Assembly: GCA_017619885.1 (NCBI GenBank)
Contig: JAFZRM010000213.1
Coordinates: 1 to 45,334 of the forward strand
Direction: 5' to 3'
Length of the DNA stretch: 45,334 nt
From: Clostridia bacterium
GTDB lineage: Bacteria; Bacillota; Clostridia; Oscillospirales; CAG-272
This document shows positions 37,836-45,334 of the stretch, piece by piece. The translations under genes and the position numbers were made by a program. The notes under the pieces were generated by a model, which was given only the letters and a program-made list of their open reading frames with translations, made no database searches and was not told the DNA's origin. The first letter of the stretch is position 1, and each line of letters begins with the position of its first letter.

Positions 37836-37919
37836 TCATTCCCATCCCACCGTTGCCGGGGGCTTTGAGGTGATATCATAAACGACACGGTTTATCGAGC
37901 GTACTTTGTTCGTGATCCT
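37836..37919 (-). pseudogene. Orphan duplicate of the guaA 3' end (last 27 codons plus stop)
   Basis: The minus strand encodes [27 protein letters not shown]-stop. The intact guaA ends [27 protein letters not shown]-stop at 40534..40617. My manual alignment gives about 12 mismatches in 84 nt. Confidence 0.85.
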
Positions 37920-37981
37920 TCCGCGCCCGTCGGTGACGACGAGAACGGCGGTCAGAGGGTCGCGCCCGTCAGTCCTATCAT

Positions 37982-40341
37982 TTATTTTATGAATGCTGCC
38001 GATCTGACGTAGAAGACGTCGCCCGCGTCCGCCGCGGCGAAATAGTCGTAACGGAGCGCCTTCAGCGCGCCTTCATGAGTTTTGAACGAGCTCATCGGTA
38101 TCTCTATCGTGTGATATCCGCCGTCTTTTATGTATTCCGCCCTGACGGCATTGTCCTCCGTAGGCTCGGTGACGTTTCCGGCGCAGAGATACATTTCAAG
38201 CGTGTACGCGCTTCTTTTGTTCGTCTCCGGTATCATGTATTCGATCTCGATGCGGGAGAATACGGACGCGTCCTCAAAGGCGCCCGGGATAAGCGTGAAA
38301 TTCACGTCGTTTCCGGTCACCGTCAGCTTCAGAGCGTTTTCCGCCGGATCATACGAAGCGTCGGTCGCGTTCACGCCCGGCAGCGACGAGACTGCGTCTT
38401 CGCTGTCGAAGGTGATCTTTCCGTTTGAAAAACCGGCGACCTTTTTCATCTTCAGTGATCTTATGTAAATGCAGTCGCCTTCGGCGCAGTCGAAGAAATA
38501 ATCGAGACGGAGAAGATTTACCGTGCCCTGCCAGCATTTGTTCGACGAGGCGGGGAAGACGGCTTTGTGATAGACGCCGTCGGCGATGAGATTCGCCGTG
38601 ACGGAATTGCCGGCGACCGCGCCGCCGTATTCACCGCACGCGAGGAAAAGCTCCGCGGTGTACCGCTCTTTGCCGTTCGATTCCGGGAGCATATATTCGA
38701 TCACGACGGAATCGTAATCTTCCGCCTTCACGTCTTTATCCGAGTTGTCGGCAAAGCTGAGCGTCACGTAAACGTCGTCCGGGTTGTTTACCGTGAGCTT
38801 TGCCGCCCTCTCACTCCCGCTGTACGTTATCCCCGTATTGTGCGGATCCGTGAACAGTTTTTCCGTGCCTTCGACCGAGAAGTCAACGTCTGTCATGTCG
38901 AACAGCCCGTCTGTACCTTCCGGGAGTTTTCTGTTTTCCGAAAGGGAAGCGTTATCGGAAAACGATCTGTTTTCAGTGAATCTTTCCCTTATTTCGCCGA
39001 TATCGCCGGCGGTTATCAGATATCCGTATTCTATGGGCTCGAAGCTCACCAGTTTTATATCGGAAAGCGGCGCCAGATAGTTCGTGGAATCGGAGAGCGC
39101 GCTCATCGATCCGTCGTATTTATATCTTCCGGCGTGGAAAACGTCGACGTTCGGGGTGTAGACGCCGATGCCGTAGCCGTCGCGGTCGACCCACGCCGCC
39201 CAAGTCTCCGTGTTGCCGCGCGGTATCAGAAAGATGTTTTCGCCGCCGGAGGCGTCCACCCAGCTCGTAAGGTCGGACTTGAAGGCCAGCCTGTCCTGTG
39301 TCCACGGCTTTTTGCCGTAGTAATATACGAACGTGTCGAGATAGCTTACGGTATAGAACGCCGGAAGCTCCTGCAGAAGATACGGATGCTCAAATCCCGA
39401 GAAGTCCACGAATCTGTTGCCGACGCGAATGACGTTTCCGTCAAGCGTATACGTGTTCTCCATATACGACGGCGTAAGAGAGCCGTTCAGCGCCCAGTCC
39501 TTCGCCTGAGTTTTCACGTAGACCGAATCCGCCCCGATCTCAAGATCTATAAGACGCGACGGAGTCCCCGCGACGTCGCCGCCCTGTACCGGGTTGTAGT
39601 TCCATTTTGCGCCGTTGAACACGCCGGGATCGTATACGCCTTCAATTTTCGGCGTGCCGTAGTACGACTGCTGTACGAGTCTGCCGGTGTCGTGCTGGTT
39701 TATCAGGTTCTCAAGTCCTTCGACCTTGCAGTGCCTGTCCGCTATATACGATATTCCGCCGCCCCACGCAAGTCTGACGCCGAGGCGCAGATCACCGTTT
39801 TCGATATAGAAATTGCCGTCCGCGTCGGTCGCGGGGATCTGCACGCTTTCGGTCGTTATTTTCCCGAGCCCGAAACCGTACGTCCCGGGCAAAAGCGGAG
39901 AGACCTCCGCGTAAGCTATCCCGTCGGCGGATCCGCCGGACAGGAAGCCGCTGATCAGACCACGGAAATCCCCGTTTCCGGAAGCTTCGAGAAAGTACCG
40001 CTCGACTGCCGTTTCACCGTCTTTTTTCAGTGCGACGTCTATCACGCACGGCGCCGTGCAGCTGTATCCGATCCGGATGCGGTTGAAAGGAGCGCCGGCT
40101 TCCACGTCCGTCAACGTGAACTTTACGGTTTCGTCCGAATAATACATACCGTCCCTTTCTTCATATTTACCCGATACCTCGTATATTTTCTCCTCCGCGG
40201 TAACGGCGTCCGTATCCGTAACGGCGTCCGTAACGGTATCCGTAACCGTTCCGCCCCCGCATGACGGCAGCGTTATGAGTGCTGCCGCGGCGAGCGCCGG
40301 CGCGAGAATCTTTTTTATTGCTGTTGAAACGTTCGTTTCAT
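37982..40341 (-). CDS. Secreted lipoprotein-like protein with repeated beta-sandwich modules; start region out of frame
   Basis: The long ORF 37982..40405 has no in-frame ATG or GTG before its signal sequence ([23 protein letters not shown]). The ORF-track 'M' is a TTG inside a -35 box. The RBS-preceded ATG at 40341 is offset by one nucleotide. Two C-terminal modules of about 150 aa are paralogous to each other. Confidence 0.55.
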
Positions 40342-40376
40342 ACGGCGCCTCCCGGTCAACCTGTTCTCCATTATGT

Positions 40377-40405
40377 ATTCTACCATATATTTCCGGTATC
40401 GTCAA
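40377..40405 (-). promoter_or_regulatory. Sigma-A-type promoter of the 807-aa lipoprotein gene
   Basis: The minus strand reads TTGACG (40405..40400), a 17-nt spacer, then TAGAAT (40382..40377). GGGAGG (40353..40348) and ATG 40341 follow. Confidence 0.6.
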
Positions 40406-40439
40406 GAGCGTATCCGTTACGAGCGGTTAATTTTATGAT

Positions 40440-40471
40440 AACGAAAACGGCGCCGCCCGCGCGGTGCCGTT
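40440..40471 (-). terminator. Intrinsic terminator after guaA
   Basis: On the minus strand, AACGGCACC-GCGCGGGC-GGCGCCGTT (one mismatch) is followed by TTTCGTT. Confidence 0.55.
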
Positions 40472-40533
40472 GCATATCGCGTTTTATTCGGTCTTCATCG
40501 GGAAAAGTCTGCCGTTTCTTTCTTCCTAAGGTT

Positions 40534-42060
40534 TCATTCCCATTCCACTGTTGCCGGGGGCTTTGACGTGATATCGTATACCACGCGGTTGATAGAGCGG
40601 ACCTCGTTCGTGATCCTTCTGCTCGCACGGTCGAGCACTTCGTACGGAACGCGCGTCCAGTCGGCGGTCATGAAGTCGTCCGTCGTCACGGCGCGCAGTG
40701 CGACGGTATAGCCGTACGTACGCGCGTCGCCCATAACGCCGACGCTCTGCGTGTCGGTCAGCACGGCGAAATACTGGCTCGGTCTGTCGCCGGCTTTTTC
40801 AAGCTCTTCTCTGAATATCGCGTCCGCTTCGCGAAGCGTGTCCGCTTTATCCTTCGTTATCTCTCCGATTATCCTCACCGCGAGGCCGGGTCCGGGGAAC
40901 GGCTGGCGCATAACGAGCTTTTCCGGTATGCCGAGCTTCAGACCGACGGCGCGGACCTCGTCCTTGAACAGCTCGCGCAGAGGCTCGACGATGCCCTCAA
41001 AGTCCATCACCGACGGCAGACCGCCGACGTTGTGGTGGCTTTTTATAGTGGACGCGTCGCCTTTGCCGCTCTCCACGACGTCCGGATATATCGTGCCCTG
41101 CACGAGATAATCGACTTTGCCTATGACGCGGCTCTGCTCCTCGAATATCCTGATGAACAGCTCGCCTATGATCTTGCGTTTCTTCTCCGGCTCCTTTACT
41201 CCCGCGAGCGCCGACAGGAACCTGTCTTCGGCGTTTACGCGGATCAGCTTCATGTTGAATTTATCGCGGAAAACGCGCTCGACGTCGTCGCCCTCGTTTT
41301 TGCGCAGCAGCCCGTGATCCACGAAAACACACGTCAGCGCGTCCCCTATGGCGCGGTGCATCAGAACGGCGGCGACGGAGGAGTCCACACCGCCGGACAG
41401 CGCGCACAAAACGCGCTTGCCCTGAAGCTCGCTTCTGTATTTTTCGACCGATCTTTCAATGAAATCATCCGTCCGCCAGTCTCCGGCGCAGCCGCATATA
41501 CTGAACAGAAAGTTGTGAAGCATCGTTTTTCCGTATTCGGTGTGCGTCACCTCGGGGTGGAACTGCACGCCGTATATCCGGCGGGACACGTCCGCCATTG
41601 CGGCGCAGGGGCAGTTGTCCGTGTGCGCGGTGACGTCAAAACCGTCCGGCACGGCTTTTACGTAATCCGTGTGGCTCATCCAGCAGACGCTCTGCGACGG
41701 CACTTTGTCAAACAGTTTGCCGCCTCCCGTGTAAACTACGGTCTTGCCGTATTCGCTTATGTTTCCGGCGGAGCATATCTGTCCGCCCGCCATATACGCG
41801 ATCAGCTGATGACCGTAGCAGATGCCGAGTACGGGAATGCCGGCGTCGAGTATGCCCTTGTCGTAATGCGGCGAGGTCTCGTCGTAAACGCTGTTCGGAC
41901 CGCCGGTGAATATCACGCCTTTATAGCCCCGCTCCTTTATTTCGGCGAGGCTGATTTTGTTATAGGGGAATATCTCGGCGAAAACGCCCTGCTCGCGCAC
42001 GCGGCGCGCTATAAGCAGATCGTACTGGCCGCCGAAATCGAGAACGAGTATCTTTTCCAT
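40534..42060 (-). CDS. guaA: GMP synthase (glutamine-hydrolysing)
   Basis: The N-terminal GATase region contains GICYGHQL. The ATP-PPase P-loop is [10 protein letters not shown]. The C-terminus reads [12 protein letters not shown]. Confidence 0.95.
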   Translation of the reverse strand: MEKILVLDFGGQYDLLIARRVREQGVFAEIFPYNKISLAEIKERGYKGVIFTGGPNSVYDETSPHYDKGILDAGIPVLGICYGHQLIAYMAGGQICSAGNISEYGKTVVYTGGGKLFDKVPSQSVCWMSHTDYVKAVPDGFDVTAHTDNCPCAAMADVSRRIYGVQFHPEVTHTEYGKTMLHNFLFSICGCAGDWRTDDFIERSVEKYRSELQGKRVLCALSGGVDSSVAAVLMHRAIGDALTCVFVDHGLLRKNEGDDVERVFRDKFNMKLIRVNAEDRFLSALAGVKEPEKKRKIIGELFIRIFEEQSRVIGKVDYLVQGTIYPDVVESGKGDASTIKSHHNVGGLPSVMDFEGIVEPLRELFKDEVRAVGLKLGIPEKLVMRQPFPGPGLAVRIIGEITKDKADTLREADAIFREELEKAGDRPSQYFAVLTDTQSVGVMGDARTYGYTVALRAVTTDDFMTADWTRVPYEVLDRASRRITNEVRSINRVVYDITSKPPATVEWE

Positions 42061-43478
42061 TATACCGATATCTCCGAATCCATATCTTTAGCCTGCGCGA
42101 TGATCGGCGCAAGCTTGTTAACGTATCTTTCGACCTGCTCGCCGCATCTGCCGGTGTAAAGCGACGGGTCGAGCACCGAGTTCATCTCGTCCTCGGTCAT
42201 GCCGAATTCGGGATGCTTTGAAAGCGAGGAGATCAGATCGCAGCCCTCGCCGTTCTTCATCTTCGCCGTTGCCTCCATCGAAGCCTGTCTTATGACCTCG
42301 TGAAGCTTCTGCCTGTCGCCGCCGCGCTTGACGGCTTCCATCAGCAGATTTTCCGTTGCGATGAACGGCAGATATTCGCGGACCGTGCGTTCGATTATCT
42401 TTTCGTTCACGACCATGCCGGACGTGACGTTCATCATCAGCCGCAGAATCGAGTCGGCGCACAAAAACCCTTCGGGCATCGAGATGCGGCGGTTTGCCGA
42501 ATCGTCGAGCGTGCGCTCGAGCCACTGAGACGACGCGGTCATATAAGCGTTGGCGCCGTCCGCCATAAGATAGCGGGACAGAGAACAGATGCGCTCGCAT
42601 CTCATCGGGTTGCGCTTGTACGCCATCGCGGACGAGCCGATCTGGCTGCTCTCGAACGGCTCCTCGACCTGTCTGTCGTGCTGAAGCAGACGCATGTCGC
42701 AGCCGAATTTGTAAGCGCTCTGCGCTATCGCAGACAAGGCGTTCAGGATCGCCGAATCCGTCTTTCTCGTGTAAGTCTGACCGCAGACGTCAAAGCAGGA
42801 ATCAAAGCCGAACTGCTCACAGATCATTTCGTTCATGCGGTCGATCTTTTCGCCGTCGCCGCCGAAAAGATCCATGAAGCTCGCCTCGGTGCCGGTCGTT
42901 CCGCGGCAGCCGAGCAGCTTCAGCCTGCCGGCGGTGAAATCGAGCTCCTCCAGATCCGATACGAGATCCTGCAGCCACAGAGACGCGCGTTTGCCGACGG
43001 TCACGAGCTGCGCCGGCTGATAATGCGTATAGCCGAGCGTCGGCAGATCCTTGTATTTGAGCGCGAACGCGGCTAGATTCTTTATGACGCAGAGCAGCTC
43101 GGCGCGTATGTATGCGAGCGCGTCGCGGTAGATTATCATATCAGCGTTGTCGGTGACGTAGCAGCTCGTCGCGCCGAGGTGGATTATCCCCGCCGCCGAC
43201 GGCGCCGCCTTTCCGTACGCGTGCACGTGAGCCATGACGTCGTGGCGGACCCTTTTCTCGTCCTCCGCGACGAAGTCGTAGTCGATGTCCGTTACGTGCG
43301 CTTCAAGCTCCGCTATCTGTTCCGCACTCACCGGCAGACCGAGCTCGTGCTCGGCGCGTGCGAGGGCGACCCAGAGCCGCCTCCACGTCTGATAACGCGT
43401 GTCGGCGGAAAAGAGCCCGAGCATGTATCCCGAAGCGTAACGCGACGATAACGGCGATTCGTATTTGTCCCTGCTCAT
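42060..43478 (-). CDS. purB: Adenylosuccinate lyase
   Basis: N-terminal SPLSSRYAS... and the fumarate-lyase signature region [11 protein letters not shown]. The stop overlaps the guaA start (TAATG). RBS AGGAGGA lies upstream. Confidence 0.93.
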   Translation of the reverse strand: MSRDKYESPLSSRYASGYMLGLFSADTRYQTWRRLWVALARAEHELGLPVSAEQIAELEAHVTDIDYDFVAEDEKRVRHDVMAHVHAYGKAAPSAAGIIHLGATSCYVTDNADMIIYRDALAYIRAELLCVIKNLAAFALKYKDLPTLGYTHYQPAQLVTVGKRASLWLQDLVSDLEELDFTAGRLKLLGCRGTTGTEASFMDLFGGDGEKIDRMNEMICEQFGFDSCFDVCGQTYTRKTDSAILNALSAIAQSAYKFGCDMRLLQHDRQVEEPFESSQIGSSAMAYKRNPMRCERICSLSRYLMADGANAYMTASSQWLERTLDDSANRRISMPEGFLCADSILRLMMNVTSGMVVNEKIIERTVREYLPFIATENLLMEAVKRGGDRQKLHEVIRQASMEATAKMKNGEGCDLISSLSKHPEFGMTEDEMNSVLDPSLYTGRCGEQVERYVNKLAPIIAQAKDMDSEISV

Positions 43479-43496
43479 AAGATCCTCCTGTTTATC

Positions 43497-45290
43497 TTAT
43501 TCGGAAACGGCCGTCAGACACAGAAACGTCATCCCGTGACCTGTGACGACGGGTTTGTCGTAATGCTTTATCTCAAAGCCGTTGTTATTAAACGAGTATT
43601 CGTCAAGAACTATCTGCGTGCACGACTCGACCGCGTATCCGTCGACGGCGATCTGCCACTCGTCTCCGCCTCTGTTGACGACGGACATGAACAGATGATC
43701 GCCGTGATCGGTGCAGAGCACGTCGAGGTCGCGGTTATCCGCCGAGCACTCCACTACGGTGCCGTCCGTGTGTCCGTGGAGCAGGCGGAACGCCTCGCCG
43801 GCGCACTCGACGGTGCAGGCGGCGCCGTTCACGGTTATCATACCTTCGCTTACCGGCATGAAGAAACGCGCGTCGGTCACCCCGTATTTTTCATAAGAGC
43901 GGGCGAAGAAGTGGAATTCCAGGATGTTAGACAAGAACATCGCGTTGTTCGCGTCGCAGCCCCAGCTGAAATTCCATTCGTCGACGTTGACGGGCATTTC
44001 GACTCCCGCGAAAAGCTCGTCGTGTACGTACGCGAGACCTTCGTCGACGCCGCCGTAAAACGATCCCGGTATGCCGTCTTCGGCGGCCTTTCGCTCGGCT
44101 TCGCTGCCGGGTTTGCTGCCGCAGTAGCGGTGATAAGAAACGCAATCGTATCTGCATTCGAGCGTGTTCACGAAGTCGCGGCTCCAGCCGCGCAGACCCG
44201 TGTCCGCCACGACGCCGAGGCAGACCGTTATGCCGTCGTCCGCCGTGCGCATGGCGTTTACGATCTCGTTCGTGCGCTTCGCGGCCTTCACGCCGTCGTT
44301 CTGATATTCGTATCCGAAATAATATACCTCGTTGCCGACGTAGAAATATTTGACGCCGAACGGCTCCTTGAAGCCCATAGCCGCGCGCTTCGCGCCGTAT
44401 TCCGTGTCCGTGCCGCCGTTGCAGTATTCGACGAGACGGCGCGCGTCCTCGCCGTCGGAGAGGACTATGCTCACCGTGAATTCCGGCTCGGCGCCGACCT
44501 TTTGGCAGAGCATGATGAATTCGTTAAGACTTATATCCGCGCAGTCCTGATGATAGGTGTCGCGCAGCATGAAATCCTTTATCGATCCGTCAAACGGCGT
44601 CCGCAGATCCGCGGGCTTCAGGCATTGTTTCCAGTCGAAATGGTCGGCGCAGCAGCCGCCCGGGAAGCGTATCGACGTCGGGGCGATGCGCTTCAGCGCC
44701 TCTATGACGTCGACCCGCATGCCGTAATAATTATCGGCGGGCATAAGCGACGCCGCGAAGACGTCCGCCACACCCGAAGCCGACACGAAAAACGTGCCGT
44801 TTTGTACGTCTTTTCCTTCGAAGGTGAACGAAAGCTCTTTGTAATCTTGTCCGTCGTCGTTTAAAACGAACGTCTGCTCAAGCCCCGGTACGCCGAAGGT
44901 CACTGCGCACTCGCCCGACGGCCTGACGAGGATCTTAGCCTCGTACTGCCTGCCGGCTTCAAGGACGATGACGTCGGAGCTCTGCCGGATCGTGCCGTTG
45001 GTCAGCCGCACGTAGTTGCTGCCGCAGGGGCTGTACTTCTTTTTCTGACGGTATTTCGCGCCCTCGCACTCCCAGCCGTAAGGGCTCTTTTGGTCGCCGG
45101 ACAGGAATTTGCGGTTGTTCAGCATCTGCGCCGAAAGACCGCCGAAAAATCCCTTTCGCGTGACCTCGGCGTTCACGCCGAAAAGTCCGTTCTGAAATCC
45201 GTAAGTTTTCTCACCCGCGGTCACGTTCACGACCGGCAGATCCTTGCCGTAATTTTCAATTTTGACGGTTTCGGTCATCTCGGTGCTCAC
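43497..45290 (-). CDS. Alpha-L-arabinofuranosidase-like glycoside hydrolase (GH51-like)
   Basis: 597 aa. YVGNEVYYFG (acid/base-type GNE) and VDEWNFSWG (nucleophile-type DEWN) fit GH51-like (beta/alpha)8 enzymes. The start is uncertain (GTG 45290 or ATG 45278). Confidence 0.5.
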   Translation of the reverse strand: MSTEMTETVKIENYGKDLPVVNVTAGEKTYGFQNGLFGVNAEVTRKGFFGGLSAQMLNNRKFLSGDQKSPYGWECEGAKYRQKKKYSPCGSNYVRLTNGTIRQSSDVIVLEAGRQYEAKILVRPSGECAVTFGVPGLEQTFVLNDDGQDYKELSFTFEGKDVQNGTFFVSASGVADVFAASLMPADNYYGMRVDVIEALKRIAPTSIRFPGGCCADHFDWKQCLKPADLRTPFDGSIKDFMLRDTYHQDCADISLNEFIMLCQKVGAEPEFTVSIVLSDGEDARRLVEYCNGGTDTEYGAKRAAMGFKEPFGVKYFYVGNEVYYFGYEYQNDGVKAAKRTNEIVNAMRTADDGITVCLGVVADTGLRGWSRDFVNTLECRYDCVSYHRYCGSKPGSEAERKAAEDGIPGSFYGGVDEGLAYVHDELFAGVEMPVNVDEWNFSWGCDANNAMFLSNILEFHFFARSYEKYGVTDARFFMPVSEGMITVNGAACTVECAGEAFRLLHGHTDGTVVECSADNRDLDVLCTDHGDHLFMSVVNRGGDEWQIAVDGYAVESCTQIVLDEYSFNNNGFEIKHYDKPVVTGHGMTFLCLTAVSE

Positions 45291-45334
45291 CCCTTCCGTT
45301 TCAGTCGTCTGTACTCCGGTGCTCTCCGGCGGCG

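Noticed and set aside
37921-37981. Possible further upstream guaA homology and a 10-nt direct repeat (CGCGCCCGTC, two copies) next to the guaA fragment.
   Set aside because: The similarity to guaA beyond codon -27 is too weak to call by eye. A 10-nt GC-rich repeat could be chance in this composition.
34778-40533. Calling the whole 34.8-40.5 kb region a mobile element or genomic island.
   Set aside because: No integrase, transposase, terminal inverted repeats or conjugation genes are present. Only the guaA-end duplication supports an insertion, and it bounds 37.8-40.6 kb. An apparent AT enrichment by eye was not computed.

Overview
GC-rich bacterial chromosomal segment. Gene content, lipoprotein signals and textbook TTGACA-17-TATAAT promoters suggest an anaerobic Firmicute (Clostridia/Oscillospirales-like); this is inference only. 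No rRNA, tRNA, CRISPR array, transposase or integrase is visible. The window mixes carbohydrate-active and cell-surface genes with housekeeping blocks. The carbohydrate and surface genes are GH78-like, DUF5107, DUF4838, a discoidin lipoprotein, GH43, GH36, GH2 beta-mannosidase, GH51-like and two large secreted lipoproteins. The housekeeping blocks are the hydCBA [FeFe]-hydrogenase operon, thrH-pyk and purB-guaA. Five things seem most worth a second look. (1) A non-coding array of about 10.5 tandem 20-bp units (constant AGCTAAATT plus covarying 4-bp-stem mini-palindromes) lies between a stop codon and its terminator at 17.0-17.2 kb. (2) A diverged but protein-conserving duplicate of the last 27 codons of guaA brackets a 2.7-kb single-gene insertion at 37.8-40.6 kb. 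(3) That inserted lipoprotein gene has its promoter, RBS and ATG one nucleotide out of frame with its body. (4) A ceramidase-like gene has an in-frame TAG at codon 13. (5) There is a lipoprotein-anchored serpin. All protein calls rest on motif recognition from memory and ORF context; no database search was possible.
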